Source of the DNA: the human T2T-CHM13v2.0 reference genome, Homo sapiens
NCBI RefSeq assembly: GCF_009914755.1
Contig: NC_060932.1
Length of the DNA: 64,000 nt
Strand: one strand, 5' to 3'
Shown: piece after piece, positions 18,207-36,722 of the stretch
How positions within the stretch are numbered: the first letter of the stretch is position 1
Layout: the number at the start of each line of letters is the position of its first letter
Translations under genes and position numbers: made by a program
The notes under the pieces: model-generated
Database searches by the model: none
The model's input: the letters and a program-made list of their open reading frames with translations, nothing else
What the model was told of the DNA's origin: nothing

Positions 18207-19093
18207 AGGTGGTCTTCCAAAGGTTCATAGAAAATGCACATGGTGAAGAAACTATGCATGGATTTCCACTGGTTTGCACTAAAATAAACTTGTCCTAACT
18301 TCTGATAACCTTTCTGAACTAGATCTAGTTTGAGGCACTAAGAAGGATGAGACATCCACTGAAAAGGACTCCCATCAGAGCAACATGAATTCCACGAAAA
18401 TTGCAGCAAGAGGAAACATCAAATTTATGGTGAAGCTTGGGTGGAAGATTGAAGAAATCATTGACGTTTTAAGAAAAGCTTGTAAGGACACTACCCCAAA
18501 GAAATGAACTCTTTACGAATGTATAGCTTGTTTCAAGAAGAGGTGAGAAGATGTGGAAGATGAATCCTGCAGTGGCTGTGAAAACCACTGTGCCCAGATC
18601 AGCTGCAGTTACGACGAGAGCTATCAGTGGAAATTTTAAACAGGAGGGATCACGATCCTGACGCATCCCTCTGACAAATTGTAAGCGGAAGTTGGAACAT
18701 GGCTTCACCAATATGATCTCCAAGGCAAAGCATCATGAAAGCGATGGCTACCAAGAGGTGGCAGTGGTCCAGTCAAAGGAAAAGGAGGCCAGTCAGGAGC
18801 CCACATCATGGCATCAGTGTTTTGGGACACTCAAGGCATTTTGCTTGTTGACTTTCTGAAAGGCCAAACATCTGCTTATTAGGAGAGTGTTCTGAGAAGC
18901 TTAGATAAAGCTTTGGTAGAAACATGCTGGGAAAGTCTCACTAGATCCTTGTTCACCACATCAATGCTCTGCTCATTCCTCTCATCAAACAAGGGCAATT
19001 TTGTCAGTTTCAATGGGCAGTCCTTAGGAATTCACCTTACGGGCTGCTTTCATTCCTTCTAAATTCTTTTTGTTTCCTAATGATAAAAAGTCT
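18207..19093 (+). mobile_element. HSMAR2 remnant, unit 2
   Basis: Copy of 6014-6900; retains the transposase ATG (aacATGaattcc). Confidence 0.85.
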
Positions 19094-21532
19094 CCTTGCC
19101 TTGCTTGGAAAGATGAGAGAAAGTCTCCTTGCCTTGTTTGGACAGATGAGAGATGAGATCCTCCTCTTCTCTCCCAGGACAGAATGGTGAGACTTGAGTT
19201 TCCTTTCTCCTCACTCTTCTCCTCCTTGAGGGAGCTGCTGTGCCGGACAGACCTGCCCCCGTGTCTAGACACTGGTAGACTCGTTTAAGTTCCTCACAGG
19301 CAATCCTCCATGGGGTCAAAGTGGAAGGACTTATTTCTTCAGGGCTCAGTAGTCCACATCCTGGCGCGCACCTTCACCAGCCCAGGGCGGGGTAGAGGAG
19401 GGTGAAAGGGCGTGGCTCAGAGCCCGCTTCTTCCGCTCGGGCGTATCCTGGGAGGAACCCTTGTCCGGTGAGCATGTCTTCGTCTCTACCAAATTCCCTA
19501 GTGGGACATTTCTGGCAGCCCTACTTGTTCAGCAGCTTACGGGGGTCAGGTGGACCTCTGCTAGTCACCAGCCTGAAGCCCTTTCTCCATTTCAGCTATT
19601 TTGGCAGTTGCCTAGGTGACTTTTGAACCTCATTATCCAGAACAGCAAACGGACGAGGGGTGAGAAGAGTGGCCGTCTGGGTTTGCAGCATAGTGCTGCC
19701 TTCTAGGAGTTGTGCAGTCTTCGATTGTGTGAAACTTCACCTGGCTGATTTGTGGCAATGCCTCCACAAATTCGCTAAATTCAGTAGCTTTTGCCTTCCA
19801 AGATTCATTTACACAATGTTGAATGCTTTAAATGAATGAGCATGAAGAGTGCTGGGCTGGAAAGTGATGAGATGGGTGGTAGGGACTCCTCGGAGTAGAG
19901 GAGTAGAGTTTTACTATTATGACTAGGAGGCAAATAAAAAGAAGCTGAACGTGATCCATAATAAAAGAAGCACACACTCACAGAGCTCCATACCAACTAC
20001 ATTAAAATGGAAATCATGATATTTGGAAATACAACTTAATTGGAAATCATTAAGTAATCTCATCAACCTTTTTACAGTGGGTGGCAGGGCTATGGAGGGA
20101 AAACAGCAATGGTTCTGGCACCTACTTAACTTGATTCCATTAAATTCACCCAACAGGCCTCCAGAGAAGATATTACTGCTTTGATATTACAAAGGGAAAA
20201 ACAGCTATGGCGTCTCTGAAAAGCGCAACGTGCTAGGACTGGAATGACTTTAAAACCACACATAAATTTCTGAGAGATTTTTGCCATAAGGTACCATCCA
20301 CCTTACTGTAAACCACATCCTAAAATTGTCTGCAGTGCAAATGGATTATGTGCATCCAACAGGAAACAGCATAGGTTGAGAAGCTGTTACTTAATAGCTT
20401 CATTGTCACCACGAGTGTAAAGTGTGGGGTCTCATCACTTTTGCACCCACGTTTTGCCTGTTGGTTTCTCCACACTGTCAGGAGCATTTGACCAACTCAC
20501 TGTGGCTCAGGGTCCCTTACGCAGCCTGTTGGGGAAACCAGTGGGTATTGAAGACCTGCCTCTGGTGTGCCAGGAGGTTGTGCCTGCCGGCCACTCTGAC
20601 TTGCGATCTTCCGCCTCAGTGTATGGCTTCCTACACCTGGGTAATTAACATTGCCAGCATGATAAGGAGGTCCTTTCATCACTATTGCCACTAGTCCTTC
20701 CGACTCCTGTGCCCTGTTTCTCCTTTATTGGAACCCAAGAACGAGTAAACATAGCATTTTCAAACATCCCGCCCCCTTCCCTGGTAACACCAATATTCCA
20801 CCATCCTAATTCCCTCACAAGCATTCAGTCTCTCCACCCTGAGGTGGTGAAATCCCTGCAGGCATTTATAAGTATACCTGGACAGAAGAAATACAAGATA
20901 CCGTTCTATTAACTCAATATAGTGTTGCTAAGTTCGTACTTGTGCTTGGTTTATTTTATTTTATAAATAGGTATCACTCGCATGGTTCCAAATGCGGTAG
21001 GCACAGAGAGTATATATGATGGAATTACATCCTCCTTCCCTGCACTCACCAACCGAGATCATCCCGCTACGGGCACTCAAAGGTTTCATTGTCTGAAATA
21101 TCAGCCTAAACGTAGTTTATGTTTAGGAAGCAACAACCGTAAATAGGCCCACATCCAAACGGAGTGGATTTAGGTTTCACTTTTTCAAGGAAAAACCATC
21201 AAAGAATTTTTCCACATACTTATAAACCATCCCACGTATAGAATCCATTTTTACTGACACAAATTTAGTACCAATAAACGACTCTTCTTCTCAATTTGTT
21301 TTATTTAACAATAAGTCTTGAACGTCATTCCCAGTTAACATTTTGAAGAGTTTCCTCTCTTTCGTTCTGTTTTAGCTGCAAAGTATTCTTCCGTAAGGAT
21401 GAACGTACTATAATTTATTAGCCAGCCACTTAGTGATGTACAATTAAGGAGTTTTAAATCTTTGACTCTTGAAAATATTGTTTCTCACACATAAATATTT
21501 CTATAAAATAAATTAGTTGAATTAGAATTGTT

Positions 21533-21745
21533 GGAGTTCAAGACCAGCCTGGCCAACATGGTGAAACCCCATCTCTACTAGAAACACAAAATTAGCCGGA
21601 CATGCCGGTACATGCCTCTAATCTCAGGTGAGGCAGGAGAATCACTTCAACCTGGGAGGCAGAGGTTGTAGTGACTCGAAATCACGCCACTGCACTCCAG
21701 CCTGGGCGACGCGAGCGAAACTCTGTCTCAAAAAACCAAAAAAAA
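21533..21745 (+). mobile_element. Truncated Alu, unit 2
   Basis: Copy of 9340-9552. Confidence 0.9.
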
Positions 21746-21873
21746 TTAAACATAAAAAGAAAAGCGGTACATATACCCAATAGAACACAATTCAGCCTTA
21801 AAAAAGAAAGAAATCATCTCATTGGCAACACGAATGAGCCTAGAGGATGGTACACTGAGTGAAAGAAAGCAAA

Positions 21874-22183
21874 GGCCAGGCACGGTGGCTCATGCCTGTA
21901 ATCCCAGTACTTTGGGAGGCCAAGGCAGGTGGAAGCGTTGAGCCCAGGAGTTGGAGATGAACCTGGGCAACATGGTGAAACCCCATCTCTAAAAGAAACA
22001 CAAAAATTAGCCAAGTGTGGCGTTGGACGCCTGTAGTCCTAGCTATTCAGGAGGCTGAAGCGGGAGGAACTCTCGACCCCGGGAGGTGGAGGCCGTGGTG
22101 GGTGAGTGAGCCGTGTTTGTGTCACTGTACTCCAGCCTGGGTGACAGACTGAGACCCTGTCTCAAAAAATAAATAATTACATA
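21874..22183 (+). mobile_element. AluJ-like, unit 2
   Basis: Copy of 9681-9990. Confidence 0.9.
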
Positions 22184-23597
22184 ATAAAGATTTAAAAAGC
22201 AAGCACAAAAAGACAAATACTGCATGATCTCACTTATATGTGCAATCTCAAACAATGCAACTCATAGCTGTAGAGAGCAGAACGGTGGTTACCCGAGGCA
22301 GGGGTCAGGGAGGGACTGGAGAGATGATAGTCTCATGATACAAAATTTCAGAGAGGAATGGTTCTAGAGATCTATTGAACAGCCTGGCATCTACAGTGTA
22401 TAAGTATGTATTGTATACTTGAAAATTGCTATAAGACTAGATTTTAGACATGTCCTCATCACATTAAAATCAGTATGTGAGGAAACGAGTGTGTTAATTA
22501 GCTTGATTTTGTCATTCCACAATGTATACACGTATGAAACATCATGTTGTATGCCATAAATATATATAATTTTTATTTGTCAAGTTAAAATTAAAATTCA
22601 TATAAATTATAAAAATAAAATGAAATAACATACACTACAAAAGACGTTTATTTATTAAATCCCCACAGAAGGGGTCTAAGTGATAAAGGAAAATAAAATT
22701 CCGGGAACGGTAAAATCAATCAGAAATGCCCTACTTCAGTGCTTTCCGAAATTTGTCTGACAGAGTGGAAATCCAGTTTTTCACTAAGTCACTGTTCTGG
22801 AACAGTTTGTGTGTGTGTATGTATGTGTGTGAGGGCTCACATACACAAATTGAACTAATGGAAGTGTAAGCATTCAAATTATCAGTTTAATTTAGTTCTA
22901 TACATATACACACACACACACTCACACACCGAAAACATTGATAAAATCAGCCATTCCAGCAAAACTAGCTACTTAGTGACTATCTCTCCTTGAAGATTCA
23001 AACTAGAAATGAGGATTTAGAGAGGCATGATGGTTCGTTCTCTCTTGGAGCCCAGTTCGAAGTTGACTGACTGATTCAGTCATTGTAATTGGTTGGTCTT
23101 GGGGAAGAATCCACTTTGACTCTTGGGAAGTCAGCTAGGTCAGCGGACAGAGCAGGGGCTCTGGAGCCAGACTGCCTGCACCCGACTTCTAGCTATGATA
23201 CCTTGGATAAACTACTTATCACCTGGGCTTCAGGTTCCTCATCTGTAAAATGGGGATAAGAATGCTATCTCTCTCACAACTGTTAGGAGGACTGACTGGG
23301 TTAATACGTGCAAAGTACCAAGTACATAAGAAACCAACAGCCAGTGCTCATTACAATCATTATTATTTTGGGCAAGTTAAGCCACACGGTTTCTTTAGGT
23401 ATAAAATTAGGCTTTATTTACCTACCTGTTGGGTTGTTCCAAGGATTAATCACATAGTGTTCATGAATTCCCTTTATAAACTATTATAGAAAAGAAATAT
23501 AGTTAACATTAATTGAACACCTACTATGTGCGATCGTTTTAAGGCTTGCCATGTGCTGCTTCATTCAGTCCGCACCATGACATTAGGATCACACTTT

Positions 23598-27268
<3,671 letters not shown>

Positions 27269-27832
27269 GATCACACTTTAAAGACCAAAAGGTAGAAGCG
27301 CAAAGACGTTATCTGTCCAATATTACAAACCTAGTAAGTGGTGGAATTTGGCCTTGAACCCAGATCTGTAACTCCAGAGCCGAAGTGCTTCACCCACCTC
27401 CCTGTGGTGCCTCTACAGAAAAAGAGGTAAGCAGGCATTCCGAAAGCTGGTGGGCCGGGGGGCTGGCCTTGTACTCAGAAGCCATGGAAGTCCCACGTGG
27501 GGTGGCTAGTGGTGTAAGGACAGAGGTCTCGGATGGGCAGAGGGATGTGGACAGGCGCGAGGGCGCGCGGCAGGGACTCGGGGGACTGGGAGTGGCGGCT
27601 CGGGGCTGCGGGAGGCGATTGGTGGAAGGACAGAGGTCTGGGAGGGGCAGAGGGATGTGGACAGGCCCGAGGGGCCGCGGCAGGGATTCCGGGGGACCGG
27701 GAGTGGGGGGTTGGGGTTACTCTTGGCTTTTTGCCCTCTCCTGACGCCGGCTGCTCCAGTTTCTTTCGCTTTGCGGCGAGGTGGGCAGGGTGAGCTCTCG
27801 GGACTGATGGCGGTTTTGGAAGAGGCCTGGGG

Positions 27833-29860
27833 CTAAGGACAGGCCAGGGCGGCGGGAGAGGCGGACCGGTGGCGTGGCTGGATCTGGGCGCGCTGTCGGA
27901 CCTTCCACATCACCAGCTGCAGGCAGGCGTTTGCGTCCTCGCTGGAGTTGTGGCCGTCCTGGCTGTCCTGGATGATCTGTGCCAGGTAGTCGGCCGCGAG
28001 ATTCCTGAGGGAGCGCTTGTAGGGGAAACCCAGGTAGTGCGGGAAGAGCACGGCCGTGTCCACCACGGTGCTGTGGATGAGCTTCAGGGCCAGCAGGTCG
28101 CTCTCCAGGCTGTGCCCGATGAGGATGGTTTGGGCGCTGAAAAAGCTCAGCAGGATGGCTTGGACTTGGGGCAACGTGATGCTCGTCTTGGCGACGTCGG
28201 CCTCGGTGACTCCGGAAAACCTGGTGTTGTAGTCCACGATCTCGTTGTCGGGCTTGACGAAGGTGTCGTACACCACTCGCATGTCGGCGTCCACCACGGT
28301 GACGCGGGTCAGCTCTAGGCCATGCGTGGTGTAGCACATCTCACAGTCCAAGGCGTAGATTCCTGGATAAGCGTCTCTGGACAACTCTTTCTTGAAGGTC
28401 TCCACGAAGCCATCGAGGCTCTCCTTGCGGCCGTCCCGCACGTGCTGCTTTGCCACCTGGCAGCCCACAGAGCCAGGAGCAGCTGCACAGCAGGTGTACT
28501 GGCTAACCCGGCCTCCAGCCACCTGGCTCGAGCGGACCCGCCCCCAGTGATAATAACACAACTGGTCGCGTACACAGCGGCCCGAGGAGGACACCAGGTA
28601 CTCGGTGCCACAACGGCAGCAGACCCTGCAGGAGGAGTCGCCGGGCCCCTTCCCCTGGCCAGTGAAGAGGACGGCGCCTCCGGGCCGCTCGGGGTGCGGG
28701 AAGGGGTAGCCGTTCTCCTTGAGCTGGTCCTGGGTGAGCAGGAACTCCTGGAGGCGGCTGTACAGGGCGGCCCTGCTGAGGCCGGGCATGGAGCTGGGGG
28801 TCAGGCCCTTCAGTCTCTTGAGGGTGTTCAGGACCACGTTCAGGTACCTGTTCTTGTTGGGGCTGCAGTCGTAGGCCACCTTCTCCTCGTTCAGCGCCTT
28901 CTCCTCGGCCTCCTGCTTGGAGGCGCAGAACTTGAGACACTCTTCGGTGAACAGTTGGAGATAGCCTCGGCGGAGGACGGTGGGGACTTGGCACCCAGAG
29001 CTTCGGAGGATAATGGGTTTCTTCAAACTCAAACTCGGTAAGGATGGACGACGGACGATTCGCTTAGAGCTGGTGGTGGCGGTGGTCTTGCATGCCATCC
29101 CTGACCTGTTGCGCGTCTTCCCTGGCTGTCTGCCGACCTTGGAGCCACGGGAGCGTTGGCTGCTGCTGGCCACCCGGGTTCTCTTGGCATCTGTGTAACC
29201 TGTGACCAAGCAAGGGCTGGAAGAGTGGGCGATCGTCTTCCTCTTCCTGGGGGCTGAGATGCGGACTCCCGAGGGCCTCTCTGTCAGCCTTGGGGCGGCT
29301 GGCAAGCGGCAGGCCGATCCCCTCTGCGCAGGGAAGTAGCACGACTCCGTCACCATCTTGGGCCACGCTGGGGGCACCGCCGGACCCCTGTTCTGGGGCT
29401 CCGCCTGGATGTCCACAAATGCTGAGGCCTGCTTGTGCATCTGGGGCACCCAGAGCCCGAAGCTCTGGGCAGGCTGATGAGAGGGCAGTGGGAATTCTGG
29501 AGCCTCGAGGGCCGCCTCCTCGGCCACCTTCTTAGCTTCTGGGTATCCAGGTGGGAACCAGCAGGGAGCTGTGGCTCGCAACATCTTGCTGCCTTCGGGA
29601 GCACCGGCCGGGCTCTGCTCCGCTCCCAAATGGCGGCTTGCCTCCGGGGCCGCCTCCTTGGCCAGCTTCTTAGCTTCTGGGTATCCAGGGCGGAACCAGC
29701 AGGGAGCTGTGGCTCGCAACATCTTGCTGCCTTCGGGAGCACCGGCCTGGCTCTGCTCCCCTCCCAAATGGCGGCTTGCCTCCAGGGCCGCCTCCTCGGC
29801 CACCTTCTTAGCTTCTGGGTATCCAGGGGGGAACCAGCAGGGAGCTGTGGCTCGCAACAT
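27833..29860 (-). CDS. REXO1L1: REXO1-like exonuclease GOR, copy 3 (L66, P272 variants)
   Basis: Same 675-aa ORF; KKLAKE and IVRRPSL. Confidence 0.88.
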   Translation of the reverse strand: MLRATAPCWFPPGYPEAKKVAEEAALEASRHLGGEQSQAGAPEGSKMLRATAPCWFRPGYPEAKKLAKEAAPEASRHLGAEQSPAGAPEGSKMLRATAPCWFPPGYPEAKKVAEEAALEAPEFPLPSHQPAQSFGLWVPQMHKQASAFVDIQAEPQNRGPAVPPAWPKMVTESCYFPAQRGSACRLPAAPRLTERPSGVRISAPRKRKTIAHSSSPCLVTGYTDAKRTRVASSSQRSRGSKVGRQPGKTRNRSGMACKTTATTSSKRIVRRPSLPSLSLKKPIILRSSGCQVPTVLRRGYLQLFTEECLKFCASKQEAEEKALNEEKVAYDCSPNKNRYLNVVLNTLKRLKGLTPSSMPGLSRAALYSRLQEFLLTQDQLKENGYPFPHPERPGGAVLFTGQGKGPGDSSCRVCCRCGTEYLVSSSGRCVRDQLCYYHWGRVRSSQVAGGRVSQYTCCAAAPGSVGCQVAKQHVRDGRKESLDGFVETFKKELSRDAYPGIYALDCEMCYTTHGLELTRVTVVDADMRVVYDTFVKPDNEIVDYNTRFSGVTEADVAKTSITLPQVQAILLSFFSAQTILIGHSLESDLLALKLIHSTVVDTAVLFPHYLGFPYKRSLRNLAADYLAQIIQDSQDGHNSSEDANACLQLVMWKVRQRAQIQPRHRSASPAALACP

Positions 29861-29916
29861 CTTGCTGCCTTCGGGAGCACCGGCCTGGCTCTGCTCCTCT
29901 CCCAACTGGCGGCTTC

Positions 29917-30077
29917 AATGAGTGCTGCGGCCGCCACTTGTCGCCTTTATATAGGCACAGGGCAGACTGGGTGGGACTTCTCCTTGATAGGTTGGTGCTT
30001 CAGTCCAATCACACTGAGCCTCATCTTCCACCAGACTCCAGCTTGGGAATGCCTCAGGGGGTGCGCTAATGGAATCA
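29917..30077 (-). promoter_or_regulatory. Core promoter, copy 3
   Basis: Same motifs as copy 1. Confidence 0.65.
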
Positions 30078-30399
30078 ACTGGAACTCCCGGTTGCTAAAC
30101 TTGGAGCTAGGTTGCTTTTCCTGAGTTAAGTAACTGTCCCTGCAGGGCAGTCCTATAATGGCTACTGGAATTGGGCTACCTAGGATTAAATTAAGGTTCA
30201 GGGAGGTTGGTCAACTTGCTTGGGCCCACACAGCACCCCTTGGAGCCAGGACTGGGCCAGCAGTCTGCTGCATGCTGGAGGGCGGGATCCCTCTGGGGCT
30301 GCCTTTCCCTGCTCTGTGCACTCCGCCGCTGCGGGCAAATTGAGGACAGGAAGCGGACCGCACCCACTTCTCTCCCAGGACTTGGGCAATGTTCAACAC

Positions 30400-31286
30400 A
30401 GGTGGTCTTCCAAAGGTTCATAGAAAATGCACATGGTGAAGAAACTATGCATGGATTTCCACTGGTTTGCACTAAAATAAACTTGTCCTAACTTCTGATA
30501 ACCTTTCTGAACTAGATCTAGTTTGAGGCACTAAGAAGGATGAGACATCCACTGAAAAGGACTCTCATCAGAGCAACATGAATTCCACGAAAATTGCAGC
30601 AAGAGGAAACATCAAATTTATGGTGAAGCTTGGGTGGAAGATTGAAGAAATCATTGACGTTTTAAGAAAAGCTTGTAAGGACACTACCCCAAAGAAATGA
30701 ACTCTTTACGAATGTATAGCTTGTTTCAAGAAGAGGTGAGAAGATGTGGAAGATGAATCCTGCAGTGGCTGTGAAAACCACTGTGCCCAGATCAGCTGCA
30801 GTTACGACGAGAGCTATCAGTGGAAATTTTAAACAGGAGGGATCACGATCCTGACGCATCCCTCTGACAAATTGTAAGCGGCAGTTGGAACATGGCTTCA
30901 CCAATATGATCTCGAAGGCAAAGCATCATGAAAGCGATGGCTACCAAGAGGTGGCAGTGGTCCAGTCAAAGGAAAAGGAGGCCAGTCAGGAGCCCACATC
31001 ATGGCATCAGTGTTTTGGGACACTCAAGGCATTTTGCTTGTTGACTTTCTGAAAGGCCAAACATCTGCTTATTAGGAGAGTGTTCTGAGAAGCTTAGATA
31101 AAGCTTTGGTAGAAACATGCTGGGAAAGTCTCACTAGATCCTTGTTCACCACATCAATGCTCTGCTCATTCCTCTCATCAAACAAGGGCAATTTTGTCAG
31201 TTTCAATGGGCAGTCCTTAGGAATTCACCTTACGGGCTGCTTTCATTCCTTCTAAATTCTTTTTGTTTCCTAATGATAAAAAGTCT
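30400..31286 (+). mobile_element. HSMAR2 remnant, unit 3
   Basis: Copy of 6014-6900. Confidence 0.85.
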
Positions 31287-33725
31287 CCTTGCCTTGCTTG
31301 GAAAGATGAGAGAAAGTCTCCTTGCCTTGTTTGGACAGATGAGAGATGAGATCCTCCTCTTCTCTCCCAGGACAGAATGGTGAGACTTGAGTTTCCTTTC
31401 TCCTCACTCTTCTCCTCCTTGAGGGAGCTGCTGTGCCGGACAGACCTGCCCCCGTGTCTAGACACTGGTAGACTCGTTTAAGTTCCTCACAGGCAATCCT
31501 CCATGGGGTCAAAGTGGAAGGACTTATTTCTTCAGGGCTCAGTAGTCCACATCCTGGCGCGCACCTTCACCAGCCCAGGGCGGGGTAGAGGAGGGTGAAA
31601 GGGCGTGGCTCAGAGCCCGCTTCTTCCGCTCGGGCGTATCCTGGGAGGAACCCTTGTCCGGTGAGCATGTCTTCGTCTCTACCAAATTCCCTAGTGGGAC
31701 ATTTCTGGCAGCCCTACTTGTTCAGCAGCTTACGGGGGTCAGGTGGACCTCTGCTAGTCACCAGCCTGAAGCCCTTTCTCCATTTCAGCTATTTTGGCAG
31801 TTGCCTAGGTGACTTTTGAACCTCATTATCCAGAACAGCAAACGGACGAGGGGTGAGAAGAGTGGCCGTCTGGGTTTGCAGCATAGTGCTGCCTTCTAGG
31901 AGTTGTGCAGTCTTCGATTGTGTGAAACTTCACCTGGCTGATTTGTGGCAATGCCTCCACAAATTCGCTAAATTCAGTAGCTTTGGCCTTCCAAGATTCA
32001 TTTACACAATGTTGAATGCTTTAAATGAATGAGCATGAAGAGTGCTGGGCTGGAAAGTGATGAGATGGGTGGTAGGGACTCCTCGGAGTAGAGGAGTAGA
32101 GTTTTACTATTATGACTAGGAGGCAAATAAAAAGAAGCTGAACGTGATCCATAATAAAAGAAGCACACACTCACAGAGCTCCATACCAACTACATTAAAA
32201 TGGAAATCATGATATTTGGAAATACAACTTAATTGGAAATCATTAAGTAATCTCATCAACCTTTTTACAGTGGGTGGCAGGGCTATGGAGGGAAAACAGC
32301 AATGGTTCTGGCACCTACTTAACTTGATTCCATTAAATTCACCCAACAGGCCTCCAGAGAAGATATTACTGCTTTGATATTACAAAGGGAAAAACAGCTA
32401 TGGCGTCTCTGAAAAGCGCAACGTGCTAGGACTGGAATGACTTTAAAACCACACATAAATTTCTGAGAGATTTTTGCCATAAGGTACCATCCACCTTACT
32501 GTAAACCACATCCTAAAATTGTCTGCAGTGCAAATGGATTATGTGCATCCAACAGGAAACAGCATAGGTTGAGAAGCTGTTACTTAATAGCTTCATTGTC
32601 ACCACGAGTGTAAAGTGTGGGGTCTCATCACTTTTGCACCCACGTTTTGCCTGTTGGTTTCTCCACACTGTCAGGAGCATTTGACCAACTCACTGTGGCT
32701 CAGGGTCCCTTACGCAGCCTGTTGGGGAAACCAGTGGGTATTGAAGACCTGCCTCTGGTGTGCCAGGAGGTTGTGCCTGCCGGCCACTCTGACTTGCGAT
32801 CTTCCGCCTCAGTGTATGGCTTCCTACACCTGGGTAATTAACATTGCCAGCATGATAAGGAGGTCCTTTCATCACTATTGCCACTAGTCCTTCCGACTCC
32901 TGTGCCCTGTTTCTCCTTTATTGGAACCCAAGAACGAGTAAACATAGCATTTTCAAACATCCCGCCCCCTTCCCTGGTAACACCAATATTCCACCATCCT
33001 AATTCCCTCACAAGCATTCAGTCTCTCCACCCTGAGGTGGTGAAATCCCTGCAGGCATTTATAAGTATACCTGGACAGAAGAAATACAAGATACCGTTCT
33101 ATTAACTCAATATAGTGTTGCTAAGTTCGTACTTGTGCTTGGTTTATTTTATTTTATAAATAGGTATCACTCGCATGGTTCCAAATGCGGTAGGCACAGA
33201 GAGTATATATGATGGAATTACATCCTCCTTCCCTGCACTCACCAACCGAGATCTTCCCGCTACGGGCACTCAAAGGTTTCATTGTCTGAAATATCAGCCT
33301 AAACGTAGTTTATGTTTAGGAAGCAACAACCGTAAATAGGCCCACATCCAAACGGAGTGGATTTAGGTTTCACTTTTTCAAGGAAAAACCATCAAAGAAT
33401 TTTTCCACATACTTATAAACCATCCCACGTATAGAATCCATTTTTACTGACACAAATTTAGTACCAATAAACGACTCTTCTTCTCAATTTGTTTTATTTA
33501 ACAATAAGTCTTGAACGTCATTCCCAGTTAACATTTTGAAGAGTTTCCTCTCTTTCGTTCTGTTTTAGCTGCAAAGTATTCTTCCGTAAGGATGAACGTA
33601 CTATAATTTATTAGCCAGCCACTTAGTGATGTACAATTAAGCAGTTTTAAATCTTTGACTCTTGAAACTATTGTTTCTCACACATAAATATTTCTATAAA
33701 ATAAATTAGTTGAATTAGAATTGTT

Positions 33726-33938
33726 GGAGTTCAAGACCAGCCTGGCCAACATGGTGAAACCCCATCTCTACTAGAAACACAAAATTAGCCGGACATGCCG
33801 GTACATGCCTCTAATCTCAGGTGAGGCAGGAGAATCACTTCAACCTGGGAGGCAGAGGTTGTAGTGACTCGAAATCACGCCACTGCACTCCAGCCTGGGC
33901 GACGCGAGCGAAACTCTGTCTCAAAAAACCAAAAAAAA
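33726..33938 (+). mobile_element. Truncated Alu, unit 3
   Basis: Copy of 9340-9552. Confidence 0.9.
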
Positions 33939-34066
33939 TTAAACATAAAAAGAAAAGCGGTACATATACCCAATAGAACACAATTCAGCCTTAAAAAAGA
34001 AAGAAATCATCTCATTGGCAACACGAATGAGCCTAGAGGATGGTACACTGAGTGAAAGGAAGCAAA

Positions 34067-34372
34067 GGCCAGGCACGGTGGCTCATGCCTGTAATCCCAG
34101 TACTTTGGGAGGCCAAGGCAGGTGGAAGCGTTGAGCCCAGGAGTTGGAGATGAACCTGGGCAACATGGTGAAACCCCATCTCTAAAAGAAACACAAAAAT
34201 TAGCCAAGTGTGGCGTTGGACGCCTGTAGTCCTAGCTATTCAGGAGGCTGAAGCGGGAGGAACTCTCGACCCCGGGAGGTGGAGGCCGTGGTGAGTGAGC
34301 CGTGTTTGTGTCACTGTACTCCAGCCTGGGTGACAGACTGAGACCCTGTCTCAAAAAATAAATAATTACATA
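34067..34372 (+). mobile_element. AluJ-like, unit 3 (4-bp-shorter allele)
   Basis: Copy of 9681-9990. Confidence 0.9.
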
Positions 34373-35786
34373 ATAAAGATTTAAAAAGCAAGCACAAAAA
34401 GACAAATACTGCATGATCTCACTTATATGTGCAATCTCAAACAATGCAACTCATAGCTGTAGAGAGCAGAACGGTGGTTACCCGAGGCAGGGGTCAGGGA
34501 GGGACTGGAGAGATGATAGTCTCATGATACAAAATTTCAGAGAGGAATGGTTCTAGAGATCTATTGAACAGCCTGGCATCTACAGTGTATAACTATGTAT
34601 TGTATACTTGAAAATTGCTATAAGACTAGATTTTACACATGTCCTCATCACATTAAAATCAGTATGTGAGGAAACGAGTGTGTTAATTAGCTTGATTTTG
34701 TCATTCCACAATGTATACACGTATGAAACATCATGTTGTATGCCATAAATATATATAATTTTTATTTGTCAAGTTAAAATTAAAATTCATATAAATTATA
34801 AAAATAAAATGAAATAACATACACTACAAAAGACGTTTATTTATTAAATCCCCACAGAAGGGGTCTAAGTGATAAAGGAAAATAAAATTCCGGGAACGGT
34901 AAAATCAATCAGAAATGCCCTACTTCAGTGCTTTCCGAAATTTGTCTGACAGAGTGGAAATCCAGTTTTTCACTAAGTCACTGTTCTGGAACAGTTTGTG
35001 TGTGTGTATGTATGTGTGTGAGGGCTCACATACACAAATTGAACTAATGGAAGTGTAAGCTTTCAAATTATCAGTTTAATTTAGTTCTATACATATACAC
35101 ACACACACACTCACACACCGAAAACATTGATAAAATCAGCCATTCCAGCAAAACTAGCTACTTAGTGTCTATCTCTCCTTGAAGATTCAAACTAGAAATG
35201 AGGATTTAGAGAGGCATGATGGTTCGTTCTCTCTTGGAGCCCAGTTCGAAGTTGACTGACTGATTCAGTCATTGTAATTGGTTGGTCTTGGGGAAGAATC
35301 CACTTTGACTCTTGGGAAGTCAGCTAGGTCAGCGGACAGAGCAGGGGCTCTGGAGCCAGACTGCCTGCACCCGACTTCTAGCTATGATACCTTGGATAAA
35401 CTACTTATCACCTGGGCTTCAGGTTCCTCATCTGTAAAATGGGGATAAGAATGCTATCTCTCTCACAACTATTAGGAGGACTGACTGGGTTAATACGTGC
35501 AAAGTACCGAGTACATAAGAAGCCAACAGCCAGTGCTCATTATAATCATTATTATTTTGGGCAAGTTAAGCCGCATGGTTTCTTTAGGTATAAAATTAGG
35601 CTTTATTTACCTACCTGTTGGGTTGTTCCAAGGATTAATCACATAGTGTTCATGAATTCCCTTTATAAACTATTATAGAAAAGAAATATAGTTAACATTA
35701 ATTGAACACCTACTATGTGCGATCGTTTTAAGGCTTGCCATGTGCTGCTTCATTCAGTCCGCACCATGACATTAGGATCACACTTT

Positions 35787-36722
35787 CGTTTTCCATTTTT
35801 TTTTAAATTATACTTTAATTACTAGGGTACATGTGCACAACGTGCAGGTTTATTACGTATGTAAGCACGTGCCATGTTGGTGTGCTGCACCCATTCACTA
35901 GTCATTTACATTAGGTATATCTCTTAATGTTATCCCTCCCCCTCCCCCCGCCCATGACAGGCCCCGGTGTGTGATGTTCCCCTTTCTGCGTCCAAGTGTT
36001 CTCCTAGTTCAATTCCCACCTATGAGTGGGATCACGCGGTGTTTGGTTTTTTTGTCCTTGCGATAGTTTGCTAAGAATGATGGTTTCCAGCTTCATCCGT
36101 GTCCCTCCGAAGGGCATGAACACATGCTTTTTTATGGCTGCATAGTATTCCACGGTGTATTTGTGCCACGTTTCCTTAATCCAGTCTATCATTGATGGAC
36201 ATCTGGGCTGGTTCCAAGTCTTTGCTACTGTGAACGGTGCTGCAATAAACATACGTCTGCGTGTGTCCTTTTAGCAGCATGATTTATAGTCCTATGGGTG
36301 TATACCCAGTAATGGGACGGCTGAGTCAAATGGTATTTCTAATTCTAGATCCTTGAGGATTCGCCACACTATCTTCCACAACCGCTGAACTGGTTTACAG
36401 TCCCACCAGCAGTGTAAAAGTGTCCCTATTTCTCCACTACCTCTCCAGCACCTGTTGTTTCCTGACTTTTTTATTGATCGCTATTCTAACTGGTGTGAGA
36501 CGATATCTCTTTGCGGATTTGATTTGCATTTCTCTGATGACCAGTGTTGATGAGCATTTTTTCATGTGTCTGTTGGCTGCATAAATGTCTTCTTTTTAGA
36601 AGTGTCTCTTCATATCCTTCCCGCACTTATTGATGGGGTTGTTTGGTTTTTCTTGTAACTCTGTTTGAGTTCTTAGTAGATTCTGGATATTAGCCCTTTG
36701 TCAGATGAGTAGATTGCAAAAA
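35787..36722 (-). mobile_element. 3' ~0.93-kb fragment of the L1PA, cut by the inversion; forms the palindrome spacer
   Basis: L1 3'UTR and ORF2 end, stopping at ...agattgcaaaaa. Confidence 0.93.

Noticed and set aside
18385-19093. Functional mariner transposase mobilising the unit
   Set aside because: In-frame stops, internal deletion and no second TIR
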